Part shown: positions 24,833-38,651 of the stretch, in pieces
Numbering within the stretch: position 1 is the stretch's first letter
How the letters are laid out: every line of letters starts with the position of its first letter
NCBI GenBank assembly: GCA_030390025.1
Contig: CM059431.1
Span: 116,128,001 to 116,192,000, forward strand
Reading direction: 5' to 3'
From: Squalus acanthias
Taxonomy: Eukaryota
Length of the DNA: 64,000 nucleotides
Notes under the pieces: generated by a model
Told to the model about the DNA's origin: nothing
Seen by the model: the letters and a program-made list of their open reading frames with translations, nothing else
Databases searched by the model: none
Made by a program: the position numbers and the translations under genes

Positions 24833-26060
24833 ATGGGAACCATTTATTTCCTTTCCTCCTGGACCTCAGATTCAGACGAAGACCAGCCGCGGCAGCAGCA
24901 CCCGGAACAACAGCAGCACCAACAGCAGCAGCAACAACAGGAGCGCCAACCTGCTGCTCACCCACCTGAAGCTGCACAGGCCAGAAGGCGCAGGGAACGA
25001 CGTCGCCGCAGGAGATACCCCCAAAACAGGGTTTACAAACAGAGGATGAGCTACCTCAACATGACTGAGCAGCAGTGCCAAAGGAGGCTCAGACTTTCGC
25101 GAGAGGTAGTGGGTGACATCTGCTCAATGCTGCAGCAAGACCGGGAGTCCAGAGGAGTGGGTGGACACCCCTTACCAGTGGCCATCAAAGTCACCACTGC
25201 ACTCAAATTTTTTGCATCAGGCTCATTCCAGGGATAAACAGCAGACATCAGCGGCATCTCCCAGGCGGCCGCACACACTTACATCACGCAGGTAACTGAT
25301 GCCCTCTTTGCAAAGGCGCACAATTACATCAACTTCTCCAAGGATCAAGCAAGTATAACCGCGCGTGCAGTTGGATTTGCTAATATGGCAGGCTTTCCAA
25401 TGGTGCAGGGCGTCGTAGACTGCACAAATGTGGCCATTAAGGCACCTCATTACAATCCATCTCTTTTTGTCAACCGCAAGGGCTTCCATTCCCTCAACGT
25501 GCAACTAGTGTGTAACCACAATAAGGAAATTTTGCACCAAGTACCCCGGCAGTTGCCATGACTCCTTCATCCTCCGACAGTCTAGTGTGCCTCCGCTCTT
25601 CAGTCCACCAAACCTACTTTGTGGATGGCTACTAGGAGACAAGGGCTATCCCCTGAAGACATGGCTAATGACGCCGTTCAGGAGGCCATCCAACAAAGCT
25701 GAGGAGCGCTACAACTCCAGCCACATTTCGACCAGATCCATTATCGAGCAAACCATCGGCTTGCTGAAGATGCGATTCAGATGCTTTGATAGTTCAGGTG
25801 GAGCCCTGCAGTACTCAGCAGCCAGGCTCTCCAGAATTGTCGTGGTCTGCTGTGCACTTCACAACATGGCACAGCATCGTGGCTTGCAGCTGCCTGAGGT
25901 ACAAGTGACTCAGCGCATAGCCTCCTCAGATGAGGATGAGAATGAGGAGGAGAGCGAGAACGGAGATTTTGCGGAGGCGCATCAACCAGCGGCAGCAGCA
26001 CGTGAGAACATTGCTGCCCGGGATGCAAGGGATGCACTCATCTTGGCCAGAATTGCTTAG
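24833..26060 (+). pseudogene. Harbinger DDE transposase (stop at 25235-25237, small deletion at ~25535)
   Basis: [10 protein letters not shown]..., [14 protein letters not shown] and [17 protein letters not shown]. Confidence 0.9.
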
Positions 26061-26317
26061 GCTGCCCAATCAAACACATTTGGCTCGCACCTTCTTACCA
26101 CACCGTCGACAATGGACAAGCTCCTACGGCTTCCTGTCACTCTGACCACCATACTGAAAAATCCAAGTCGCCTGAGCCCTCAATGTGGAAGTCCCTTTTT
26201 CGAAATGACACAGCCCACAACTTCAATAGTTTGCCATCAATTCATTTTATAACATTCAGTAAAGGATGGCATTTCACAATTAAACACAACAGAACACTCA
26301 AGTGACTACTCTTGTGA

Positions 26318-28305
26318 CTACTTGTGCTTTATCTTCCTCTTACGCGTGCTCCTACATGGTGCTTCCCCTGTGGCTTCAGCAGATGTGGAGGCCCCTTGCT
26401 CACTTTCATGCTGTTCCTGCCTCGACACATTTGGCGTGTGTCCTCTGGGGTTGCGAGCCTGTGAGGGCTCGCCAACACTCTGCTTTTCCTGTGGCTGTGC
26501 TGGGGCTGAGACGCCCATCTCAGTTGGGTGAGGACTCTAGTGGGGCTCTGACCGAGGGCTCTGCAGTGGCATGGTTGTGTGAGCGCTTGGAGAGGAGCCC
26601 CCACTTCCTTGTTGTCTGCCACCAACATCCCTCTCATGGGTCAGCCCCACTTCAGAGCTAGCAAGTGGTTTGACAGCACTTTGCTGCACTTCAGGGGGGC
26701 CATGAGGACCCGTATTTGCACTGGAAGTCCTACTCCAGAGGACTTCCATGAAGCTCTGGTTTCTCTGCTCAATAGCTGCCCATCACTCCTCCAGAGATGT
26801 CAGTCTATTCTGAACAATGACCATGTTTTGAAGACCCTGGCGACTTAGTTCCTCCATGGCCGTAGCCATCCTCTCCTCTACCATAGCCATGCTCTCCTCT
26901 ACGGTAGCCATCCTTTCCACGGAGGTTGCCATCCTTTCCGTGGTGATGCGTTCATTCACCAATGCCTCCACAAAGGCTCTGCTCCTATTAGCGATGGACT
27001 CCTCCATTCGCTCCACACTCGCAGCGACCCTGGAGACAAAACCTGCCAAAGACTCCTGCACCTGTTCCTGGAGTTCCAGCACCGCTCTCCTTCTGGATGG
27101 ACCCGGAGGCACAGGGTCAACATGCAGCTGAGCCGAGCTGGGAGGGCCCTGCAGCCTCTGATGAGGACTCTCCACTGCTGTCCCTGTCTCCACCATCTGT
27201 TGATGCTCACTTGTGAGCTGTGATACACCAGGTGACAACACTAATCTGTGTCCCGAAGGTCCCACCGAAGTGTGAGTGTCTGCGCTGGTGCTGGGTGCAC
27301 TTAATTCTGCTGATGCTGCACCCTCAGAGGTTGCAGCTTCCTCTGCGGAGTCTTCTGGCTCAGGCTGTTCCTCCTGGACAGTGGTGATCGGGGCTGTCGA
27401 TGGTCCTGTGGGGGAGTAAAGGAAAGAGTTAGACATGTGATATAAACGTTGCATGCACATGGAATTGTGCAGATGATCATAAGTCAATCTGTTAGAGAAT
27501 CAGAATCAATATCAGTCACTCATGCAATGTCAATGAGAGAGATGAAAAACTATTCTGTCACCAGCTCGCTCTGATGCGCCCATCTGTCCGTCCCCCACTT
27601 GTGCATCCTCCTCCACTTCCACAATCTCCAGGGCCACCTCCTCTGCAGTGGTGAGCTGGGCTATTGAAGGTGGCCCTCCTCCTGTCTTGTCCCTTTCCCT
27701 CTTATTGTGGGCTCTCTTTTCCTGCAATGAGGGACACAAGTGGGGTTTGAGTGAGAATGAAGGAGTGAGTGTAGAGAATCCATAGCATAGATGCTTAGAA
27801 GGACACAAAGATGGAGTGAGGTCCCAAGACCAAGGGCCCTCCCTGTGTGTTGTTAGTTGTTTTCATAGCATATCAGTGATAGGGAGTGTGAGGGCTGCAT
27901 AGTCGAATAGTTAAGTGAATGTGTACATAGAGAGAGAGGGAATGGTTAAGGGTGCAAGGGATGTAAGGGTCAAGTGGGATGCGGAGGAGGAGGTTGACAA
28001 TGCAGTGTGCTGGTGATGAGAGGCGGTGGGGAGCAGATTGAGGGTCATGGTGATGTCATACTCACATTTCCTGTGCGGAGAAGGTAATTAATCCTCTTTC
28101 TGCACTGCAGCCAGGTTCTGCTGCACATTGATTTTGCACTGACCTCCTGTGCCACTTGCAGCCACACAGCTTTGGTCTGCTGGGGAGGTTTTTTCCTCCT
28201 AGAGGAAGGAAACAACACCTCTTTCTATGCTTTGGCTCCCTCCACCAGAGCATGGAGTGAGTCCTCATCAAAGCGGGGTGCAGCCTTGGACCTTGAAGTT
28301 GACAT
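26318..28305 (-). pseudogene. Harbinger Myb/SANT-like gene, exons 28305-28066, 27721-27562, 27405-26318, with several in-frame stops
   Basis: Exon sizes of 240/160/1088 nt are identical to copy H4. It reads MSTSRSKAAPRFDE... and ends RRSTRKRKIKHK. Confidence 0.85.
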
Positions 28306-28829
28306 CTCCGCAGCACGAATCCCACATAAAAGTTTAGAGGCAGAAAATGAACCAAGGCTGCTTGCAGGCCTTTAATGCAGCGGCATAAATGATGTCATCA
28401 GAGGTGAGTTTCAGGACCAAAAGACTCATTGGGCCAGGGATGCGCACACGCTGGGAATCAATTGCCCAATTAGGGCAAAATCGCTAAATTATCCCGCCTG
28501 ACATTGGAGGCGGGAATGGGACCCGCCGACAACCTGACCCGCCCCCAACCCACCTCCAAAGGCAAAATCCAGCCTGTTAAGTCCCTGTCCCTGATTCAAT
28601 ATTTGTTTCCTTGGGATTTCCAGCATGCTCTTCTCTACTGTAAATACTGACACTTAAAGTAATTATTTAACATGTCTGCCATTTCCTTATTATTGACAAT
28701 ATCACCGTCATCAGTTTCCAAGGGTCCAACATTGCTCCAGACCACCCTCTTTTTCCTATTTTAAATAATGTAAAAATAAAGGGTGTTTCACTGTTTACTT
28801 GAATCTCGGAAATTGTGTTAGTTGGAAAT

Positions 28830-30445
28830 TCATTTGATGACACGTCATCAGCCAGTTTTCTTAAAGGGACCATGCCCACATTGTTTTTGACAGTTGTGCT
28901 GTCAGTGTTCTGCAGCATTGAGGTGCTGCAAACACTGACAAGCACTGCACAAAGGTGGACGGCTGCATCCAGACTCTTGCATGACTCCCTCCATAAGCAT
29001 ATGGAGGGAGTCACAGCATGCAGGGAGGTTCTCTTCCCTTCCCATGGGCAGAAGAGACCTCCCCAGGACACCAACGCAGCCTGGTTGCACATTGCACAGG
29101 AGGGCAAAAGCAGGGATGTCATCAGGAGGACCAGGCTGCAGTGGCACAAGCCTTTGAATGATCTGAGCAGAGCATGAAGCATTACTGCCAAGCCACACTC
29201 AACCTCATCCTGCTGTGCCACTCATCATATCCCCATCACTCTGCCTTCCCTACCCTACTCCTGCACATCCTTACTCACACCAACTTACCTCCACCCATCC
29301 CTCTCTATCTACATTATCACTTGCCCATCTCACTAGCCACCCCTCACATGCACCCTCATCCTACTGCAAGCATACCAACTAACAACACACAAAGGTAGGC
29401 AGTTGGGTGGTTTAGCCAATGTTTATGTGAAATTTCTGTTAATGGCTTGTCAAACATTGAAATCTATATTTTCAACACTTTACCTTATTGAACAGATCTG
29501 TGCTCACCTTTAGAAGTGTCTTAGTGAGTTCCAGTGAATGTTGAGACATAACTTCCCCCTCCCCCCCCCAATTGTAATGAGTGTGAAAGGAATGGCTTGG
29601 ATATTATAGGGATGCTTTATGGTGCTGGTGTGGGGTGGTGCCAACCTGGCACATCATGTGGCTGCCAGGGTGTACAACGTCAAGTGAAGTAAATCTGGCC
29701 GTGGTGATGCCATCGCTGGCCTCCTGGCCAGCAATGTTGTCGGGTGCTGATGCCCTGTGTCCTGTGCAACATCAGGTGATGGCGGAGAAGGTTGGTGTTG
29801 TTGTTGGTGATATTGGTGTGCCTGATGATGTTGGTGTTGGGGCTGATTGTGGAGGAATTCAGAGGACCAAGGTGAGATTTTTTGAAGGGCACTGATGTTG
29901 CTGGAATAGATGGCAGCTGCAGTTGAGATGACAGAAGCGATCTGTCAATGGTGAGTGAGCTTGCTCCAAGGAAGTGACAGTGGATAGAGAGTTTACTCCA
30001 AACACTTCCAAACTGCATACAGCTCAAATGTGTCTTCCAAGTCCTGAAGGCTCAAGCTCCTGACATTGGAAAGTGAACAGCTGTCAAATGGTAGCTTTTA
30101 TACCACTTTTGCAGCTGTTACCTATTCACAGCAATGGGGAGACATAGAGAACCCGACCTACTTACCTGACGTGATCTCCGAACGACGTGAACCCTGTTAA
30201 AAATGTAGTAAAATAGAAATAGGCTGACAAAATAGTAGTTACAAGCATTTAACAAGCATTTAACTATCTTAAATGCCACCCTCGCTGCTTGGTGTTGGGT
30301 CTGTTCTGAAATCGCAGACCCGACACTTTGGAAACTTACATGGAGGCGGGTTCGGAGCGGGCTCATAACCTACTATCAATCATTTCCATTTTGACAGTGG
30401 ACCCGCCTCCAAACCAGCACTCTGAGCGCTGGCAAAATCGCGGCC
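28830..30445 (-). mobile_element. Family C Harbinger derivative, reverse orientation, one end truncated
   Basis: Reverse-complement homologue of 16107-17875, with terminal GGCAAAATCGCGGCC and a Myb exon-1 remnant on + (~28940-29175). Confidence 0.75.
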
Positions 30446-31364
30446 AGAGAGCCAATACATCTTACTATTTCATCCACATATGGACTAACTATTTTAAACT
30501 CTACTTCCATGTTATTGTTTTAACACTTTTTATAATTTGCAAAAAGTTAAACATCCAAAAAGTTAAACATCCTAAGATTATAATCTTATCATTACCATTT
30601 GTCACTTGTACTCCATATCTCACAACAGAGTTAATGTCATGGAACAAACTAAATTTGTAATTCAGGGACTTATTAGATGTCTAAGTGTTTTTCTTTCAAT
30701 GTGAGAAGTGTTAAAGATAGTGGAATTGCAATCTCAAGTGGCACCAATTGCTGATTTGTATCTCAGCAGCTTCGGGCAGGCTGCTGTGTGTACATCTGTC
30801 CCTTCCAATATGCATGGAGTGACCTTCACAGGGTTAGGCCAAGAGTACAGAACGTTAACAGCAACACTGCATTTGCACAAGCTTTCCCAGCATTCATGCT
30901 GTAAAATATTGAGAGAAGGAGTGATTCATCAGGGTAGAAATTTAATCTTAACTCCGTGACAAAAATGTAAGCTAATGTTACGGATGGTAAAGCAGGGACT
31001 TTCTGGAACTGAGAGACTAATAGTGCCTAGAGTTAATGATGTCATACATTTTGTTAAAAATATTTCCAATAAATATTGCCTGAATCTATGATGTAAAAGT
31101 AAAGATTGCATAGTTCAAGATGAGCCATTATGCATATATATTGGGCAAACCTTTCTGTTATTTTTTGTTGCAAATTGAGAATTTAGAGTTTGTTTTCTTC
31201 AATTCTGTTTTTTTTCAACGTGTCCTTTAAGGTTACAAAATGTTACTGCTATTGTTGATTTAATGCTTTTAGTAACTATAGCCACAGTTTATATTTCAAT
31301 ATGTTGAATTCCCCTATTTCTAGTGGCATCAGTATGGAAATATCTTGAGCACATGAAGATGGTT

Positions 31365-32128
31365 GGGCCAGAAATTCGGCTCTCCGGCTTCCCGCGGGTG
31401 CAAGTATCGCGCGCGTACTTACCTACCGCGCCTGCCATTGTGCTTAGGGCCCGCGTGGACTTCGGCTCCTGGGCCTCCTGCAGCTGCCGGCGCGTAATGC
31501 TTGCGTATCCCAGGGGCGCAGTTAGTTTGAAGCGTCCCCTGGGATCACGTGGGCCATGGAGAGCCAATCGGAGCAAGGAATCTCCATTCATAGATTTTGA
31601 CAGGAAGACCTGTCAAATCTATGAATAGAGATCACCCCCCAAAACCTAACTAAAACTTCAAATAAATTTTAAAAAAAATCACATTTTTAAAATAACTATA
31701 AATTACATAAATTAACTACTTTAAACAAAAATTTACATTTTTGAAAAAATTAATTATACTTTTTAACGGTGCTAAAAATAAACTTACCTTTCTTTAAAGT
31801 ATGTAAAAAAGATAAACCTGTTGAAAAAATGTTTAAATTGTATTTAATTCACCACTTACCTTGTTAAAAGCAGGCCTTGCGCCTCCTTTTTTCCTGCGCA
31901 GCTTCTCCATACTTACCCTTACGGAGAAACCTGAAAAAAAAACAAAGTTCACTGCGTGCGCGCTGCCTCTCCGGCGCACGCGGTTGACCCTCGAACCCCT
32001 TCTTTCACGAGACCGGAAGTTCCGGTTTCCCGTACATGTGCAGTGCATGCGCGAAACCGGCACTTCTGGTTGCCCTACAGGTGAGTACACAGCGCGTACT
32101 CACCTGTGGAGACCCGAATTTCTGTCCC
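31365..32128. mobile_element. MITE family D
   Basis: Collinear with 21387-22148. TIR GGGCCAGAAATTCGG / CCGAATTTCTGTCCC. Confidence 0.85.
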
Positions 32129-32289
32129 AACGTGTTAGTGTAAAGGGGCAACTATTCTTAGACGGACCCAACTCTCTTTTCTGTATGCCTGGTATTACTG
32201 ACCCACCATCTGTATATGCTGAGCACTATCATCAGTGGCAGCATATACAGTAGGAAGCTGATTGATCTGAAATAAATGTAAGCACACAA

Positions 32290-33060
32290 TGACCCGAAAC
32301 TTGCGGTCAGCGGCGAAGTGACAGTGCCTGCTACTAACCTCGAAGAAAGCTGCCCATAAAGATCTAATGATCTCTGTGGCGTGAATTTCAGCTCTCCCAA
32401 CCTTAGTTTGAATCTGGCGCCAAATCAAGCGAATCTCCAGCGTCCAGCAACAGTGATGTTATCAAGCAGACTGAGCCACCAATCACATTGACGAATTATC
32501 AGACAGCAAACCAGGAAGTAAAATGCACAGATTCTAATTTACTTTTTATAAGTTTTACAGAGAGCAAAATAAAGATTGGGACATGCACATAGGATTAAGG
32601 TAGAAGCTAATATATCATAAACAAACTTTAAAAAAAAATTATTGTTCAATAAGCCATGTAATTCTTAATCATAGTAATGGAAAAATATGACATTCCACAA
32701 ATATAACATTCGTTTTTCAGGGCCAGAACAGTTGTTCAGCAGTCAATACGCCATTAAAAACTCAGTTACACCTCTTTCAACAAGGCTTAACTTTTTCGGG
32801 GTGGTGGGGGGGGGGTGGGTGGGGTGGGGGGTTTAACAGCGATATTCCAGCATAATAGGGGAAGTTTTCGTCCTTCTGCGTGATTTGAATTGATTGCCAG
32901 CTCTGGGGTGGTCCACAGCGAAACCTGTGGCGGAGCAGTGAATGACTAACCGCAACTTCTGAATTTCCACGTTAATCTGTGCAAGCGCTAAATCCTGAAG
33001 TTGCTGTCAGTTTCAGAGGGGTAGTGATGGCGAACGCTGACAGTTTCGCCATCAGTACCA
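32290..33060. mobile_element. Diverged relative of the MITE at 2169-2923
   Basis: Shared blocks GGTCAGCGGCGAAG, AGCAAAATAAAGATTGGGA, TTAAAAACTCAGTTACACC and TAGTGATGGCGAA. Confidence 0.6.
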
Positions 33061-33516
33061 ACAACATCTAACATGGACTGCACATGTTTTTAATTGATGA
33101 TCCAACCACAACATAGTCATGTCAGCCAATATGTATTGTAAATTTCATTGGGGATTTTGATATAGAATCATAAATATTTCATCACAGAAGGAGGTCATTT
33201 GGTCCGTTCAGCCTGTGCTGATCCTAGCTCCACCTCTGAGCTAATGTCAGAGTCCCATTTTCTCATTATATGGCTTTTTCCACCAGTAAACACGCTTATA
33301 AAGATCTGTGCATTTTCTCTGCTAGGCATATCCTTTCTTTCACTTCATTGAGAAGGTTATTATTTACGGTATATTTCCATTCCCCCCCCAAAAAAACATA
33401 TAGCTTCATATTTATTTACATTTATAGATGCCCACTCCTCAACCTATCTGTATTCTCACGTATTATTCCTCCTAGCTTGCTATGCCCCTTAATTTGGCAT
33501 CTTCAGCACCTTTTGA

Positions 33517-33855
<339 letters not shown>

Positions 33856-34084
33856 ACTCTAGCTACTAGCTACATCTTGCTATTTCTGAAATTTACTCCT
33901 ACACTTTGCTTTCCTGTTCTCTGATCCTACTTTCCTTCAGCCATCCCTTTATCCATACTGTCACTTTACCCTTAATACCATGGGCCTTAATTTGCAAATA
34001 TAGCTCAAATATAGCACGTCCACTGCATTTCCTTTGTCTATACATTTGATCATTTCCTCCAAGATTTTAATTAAAATTGTCAAA

Positions 34085-35090
34085 CATAAGAAATAGGAGC
34101 AGGAGTAGGCCATTCGGCCCTTCGAACCTGCTCTGCCATTCAATAAGATCATGGCTGATCTTCTATCTCAGCTCCATCTTCCTGCACTATCCCCATTTCC
34201 CGTGATTCCCTTAATATCCAAAAATCTATCGATTTCTATCTTGAATATACTCAACGACTGAGCATCCACAGCCTCTGGGGTAGAGAAACACACACACACA
34301 CACACACACACATTTATAAATAAATAGATATATGTACATGTATATATGCATACACACAATTACATCTATGCATATATATATATATATATATATATAAATA
34401 CATATAGATACACACACACAAATATAGAAAACTTACAGACTGGGCAGTTAAGTGGCAAATGAACTTTAACATAGATAAATGTGGGGCGATGTATTTTGGT
34501 GGGAAAAATAGAAACATCACCTGTACCTTAGAAATTAAGAAATTGAATAGGATAGAAGCGCCAAGGGATCTAGGGATACAGGTGAATAAATCATTAAAAT
34601 CAGCATTACAGGTCAGCAAAGCAATTAAAATGCTAACAAAGCACTGGGATTTATTTCTGGAGGTATAGAATTCAAAGTAGTGAAGTTATATAAACTTATA
34701 TAGGAGCCTGGTCAGGCCACACTTACAAAGTACTGTGCACAGTTCTGGTCTCCATACTCTTCAAGGGACATAGAAGCATTGGAGAAAGTGAAAAAAGATT
34801 TACAAGGATGACATGACCTTTACACAATCTCTGTTGGCTCTTGCTGATTCGTCATACCTTTCCAAGTCACTAATGTGATCCCTTATTATGGTTGCTAGAA
34901 GTCTTCCTGCTACTGACATTAGATCAACAGATGTGTACTTACCTGGCTTATCCCTTTCCCCTTTATTGAATGGTTTGCAACATTTGCCCCACTCTTGTGC
35001 AATTTCTACTTCCAAAGAATTTTGGACAATTCTGGTTGGTACATTAGCTGTTTCATCACTAATCTCACTCAGTACTCTGGAATATCTAAG
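34085..35090. mobile_element. Cluster of CR1 fragments in both orientations
   Basis: Minus-strand CR1 3' end (34085-34290), plus-strand WQMNFNIDKC block (34430-34810) and a minus-strand RT N-terminal block (34810-35090). Confidence 0.7.
34288..34420. repeat. Compound (CA)n/(TA)n microsatellite
   Basis: Directly visible in the sequence. Confidence 0.9.
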
Positions 35091-35452
35091 CATGGTGACA
35101 CATCAAGCAGGATTTTCTCCAGCTGCAGAACTTAATTTTTGGGTGTTCACTCAATAACTGGATAAGGGCAAAAGGATGAAGTTGTGTCCCACCAGAAATG
35201 TGCCAATTTTGCAACCGAAGGCATTGTCTAGTGGGCAGGACCAGCAGTGGGAGAAGAACCCATCTCAAATGGGAGGACACTTCATTTTAATATATATTTA
35301 ACGGCAGATAAGGTATCCACAGTTTTTGCAGTTCTGTCATGCAGAATGCCTGGCATTAAGAGCACCCATTTTAAATGGGAATCCACTAGGCAGTGAACAT
35401 CCAGGAGGTTATGGAAATGACACAGCACAAAAAAGCTAGCTAACTTCAGCCA

Positions 35453-35994
35453 TGTTGGTGAAAAATTAATTCACTCGAGTCTGTCTTAAAGCAAAAGATC
35501 ACAGTTTATTATTCAGAGCGCTCTGGGAGAAGGATCATAGTCTGCGGTCTCATGACCAGCTTCTCAATTTAACAATGGGAGCCACACTTCTTTATATACT
35601 TCAAAAAGCCAGAAAATACAAACCTCCGCACAGTTAGTACATCATAAGCGACCCTTCGGGTCTCTAAAAACAACTTGATTAGAATTTTACACTGTTAGCG
35701 AAACTTATTTTTACTTCTGCTTTTTGTCAACCATCTGCGCTGCAAGGTTTCATTCTTACACCTATTCGAGGTTAGTTTATAGAAAAACAATGATTCATAT
35801 TTTTGTTTTGCAGTGTCTGCATTATCTATACTGCAGCCTAAGCAAGTTGGTCTTTTATCTAATTATATCCCTGTCTCCATGCCTAAGGGAGATACTTTGA
35901 CCTTTACTATAGTCCTTTAAGCGGTTCAACTAATCTTAAACATTACAACTGATTTGCCCTTACATTATTACAATTATATTTTTTTACTCTTACA
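35453..35994 (-). mobile_element. Solo LTR (542 bp)
   Basis: TG...CA termini and a perfect 5-bp TSD AGCCA. The minus strand has TATATAAA (~35591-35598) upstream of AATAAA (~35505-35510). Confidence 0.75.
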
Positions 35995-37112
35995 AGCCAT
36001 TTATGTACTATGTTTCAATTTTCTTTCATTTTTCCTACTTGCCCCTTAAAGAGCTTTTGTGCCAATTGCTGAAAGATTTTTGGCCTAAATCTTCCTGGAG
36101 TTTACGACGCACGCCGCTATTAATGCGCAAATCGACCAGCAAGTTCAGGGGATGAAGTGAGTTGTGAATCGCCATTATTTGCTGGTCGGTTTACGCTGCT
36201 CCACCGTTTGCCCTGCACAAACAGCAGCTCTCCATCAACCTCCCCATTCTTTTTAAAAACTTGCTGGATTTGCACCTTAAACTTGAATTAAACTCGCCGT
36301 AGAAAGTTAGGGCTCATACTTAACAGTGTAAGTACCCTTTTAATGATGTGATAATTGTTATTGCAATGCCAATCAATCCCTCCATCCCAGAAAGGGAACC
36401 ATTTAAACTGTTGTAAGGGTGTGGTTGTTATAAAGTGAGCGGTTCGAATCGCTCCCACGCCCCAGGTTCAAAACTTGGTCTTATTTAGGGGTTGTGAATA
36501 AAAATGCAGTAGACCACAAGTTCCAATGAAAAGAACTATAATTTTTATTAAAGTTAAAAGGTAACAAACTTAAACACACTTCACACTCAAACAGGTTTGG
36601 GGAGCACACGGTTACAGGCGAGGAAAATGACAGTATACAAGAAAAATAAAAACCTTTATCCCTCCCAAAACTTCCCACTTCTAGCTAGGTTTCGGTTTCA
36701 GGAGATCAGGGATAATGCTCACCAGACAGGGGTATTAACAATCCGTGGTCCAGCCAGGTAAGTCGATGGTGATTCTGGTCATCAAACGTCTTCCTTCACC
36801 ATGTGGCTTCTGAGCAGAGCTGCCAGAGACCCCTGCTTCCCGCGTAGTCGGTCGAGTCGAAAAGAGAAAGAAATCTTGGGTTCTGCTGCAATTATAGTGC
36901 TCTTCGCCCCCCCCCCCCCACCACAAACTCCTCATGAAAAAAACTGGTTTCGTAATGCAGTGAGTTCTCAGGTGGGGCCTGTTCATTGTCATTGAAATCG
37001 TGATGGGCTCTGTGTTTTGGGTGGGGCAGTTTTTCCCCAGAGCCTATTGTCCATATGGTGATTTTTTTGCTGGTCTTGAATTCCCAGACCAGGTACATGT
37101 TCAGGCATAACA

Positions 37113-37565
37113 ACAGAAAACGCTGGAAAAACTCAGCAGGCCAGGCAGCATCCGTAGAGAGAGAAAGAGAGTTGACGTTTCAGGTCGATGACCTTTCATC
37201 AGAACTGGGAAGAGCTGGAAATCAAATAGATTTAAGGCCAGGGTAAAGCTGGGAAAAGGGGGAGGGGATAAAGGAACAAAGGAGGAGATGAAGAGACATT
37301 AAGAGACATTAAGAGATATGCAAGGCTAGAGGTGGTGTTAATGTGACAGATTAAGGCTGAATGAAGTGTGAAATCCACTGGCAGAATGAAGGACAGCTGC
37401 CAGCTTCTAGGAGGAAAAAAAAGGTGGGGGGGACAAATAAAAGGGTGGATAAAATAAAATATAAATGTGATTGGAGCTGAGGTTATGATCTAAAATTGTT
37501 GAACTCGATATTGAGTCCAGAGGGCTGTAGCGTGCCTAAACGAAAGATGAGGTGCTGTTCCTGTT
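37113..37565 (-). mobile_element. Penelope-like element 3' end (GIY-YIG endonuclease C-terminus and 3' UTR)
   Basis: The minus strand encodes EQHLIFRLGTLQPSGLNIEFNNF. A hammerhead motif lies downstream on the same strand. Confidence 0.8.
37170..37208 (-). ncRNA. Minimal hammerhead ribozyme motif
   Basis: The reverse complement reads CCAGTTCTGATGAAAGGTCATCGACCTGAAACGTCAACT. Confidence 0.7.
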
Positions 37566-38265
37566 CCTTTAAATTTCCAAAGTCCTTATTTTTTTCCTTT
37601 CGATATATGTTTTTGGGGATCTGCACATTTTCAAAATCTTACACTGTCGAGTCTCATTCTTATAGGTAGTAAATTCTTCTCAGATTTAAAAAATTTAAAT
37701 TTTACATTTTCATGTTTTTCTTACTCTTCCTTTCTGTCGCTTTTTCTCTCTTAATCCAATCTTTTTTCCCTTTTTTTTTCTTTTTCTGTACCTGATTGGA
37801 CTATAATTTACCCATTCTAATTCAGCTGCCTTCTCCATTGTTCCTCTGTTTCTTTCTCAATCCTTAAATCTCATTAGTTAATGAGATAGATGGTTGGTCC
37901 CATCGTTCACTAAGGTCCCAGATGCCCTGTTGCCCTCGTTGCACCGTTATCAGCTCACACTTCCAGCAAGTTACAGGGCAAAACTTTTTGAGCTGAAGTG
38001 TACGGGAAAAAGGTCTAACTAATGGGGCACGCCATGAGATACTCCACTCCAGCGCAATTTAGGCCATTAACTTTCCCCTCAGTAGCCCCACCGGCACCAA
38101 TGAGTATTTTTCCAGTGGAAATCCCTCTGTCTAACATCCCTCTATCTAGATAGAAGAAGAGGAGATCCAATGGTGTAGTGTCAGGCTGGGCATGCTGCTT
38201 GAGATAAGCTCTGTGCCCACTCATGGGTACCCGCACATTTCCATCTGCAGACAGAGATGAATATA

Positions 38266-38651
38266 CAGGAAACTTTTGTTTATCCGGCACCCAAATATCC
38301 GGAATTCTCGCTTAACCGGCAAAAATCATCCTCCGAAAACTCCTCTCAAATAACCGGCAATGTTGCCGAGTCGCAGTCGAGTCTCCGCGAATGCCGAATA
38401 CTCCGAAAACTCCTCTCAAATAACCAGCAATGTTGCCGATCCCGAGTCCGAGTCCGAGTCCGCGAACGCCGATTTAGTCAGCAGGGGTAGTTTTCAAAAG
38501 TACCCAAATACTGTATACTGCACATTTCTTGATTTATTTATTTTTCTTTGTTAAAAATAGCCTCGGTAGATATAACTCTCCGTTATCCGGTACTTTCGAT
38601 AAACCGGCACCATGCCGGTCCCGTCGGTGCCGGTTAATAAAGAGTTTCCTG
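38266..38651. mobile_element. Tc1/mariner-pogo (Tigger-like) MITE
   Basis: TA TSD and ~26-bp TIR CAGGAAACT...CCGGCACC. It contains an internal ~38-bp direct repeat at 38332 and 38402. Confidence 0.8.

Larger units (their letters stand above)
24306..28575 (+). mobile_element. Full-length PIF/Harbinger transposon (copy H2), decayed
   Basis: TIR GGGCTGGATTTTGCC / GGCAAAATCCAGCCT and TSD GTT. Both genes are present. Confidence 0.95.
36412..37643. mobile_element. Solo LTR with nested Penelope fragment
   Basis: Terminal inverted hexamer TGTAAG/CTTACA and a 4-bp TSD CTGT. Confidence 0.7.
36082..38065. mobile_element. Old MITE-like DNA element containing a nested solo LTR
   Basis: TIR GGCCTAAAT / ATTTAGGCC. 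The sequence rejoins across 36412-37643. Confidence 0.5.

Noticed and set aside
31362..32131. MITE D flanked by GTT/AAC (reverse complements) instead of a TSD, suggesting an inversion
   Set aside because: Three bases is too little evidence, and the other family D copy also lacks a clean TSD.
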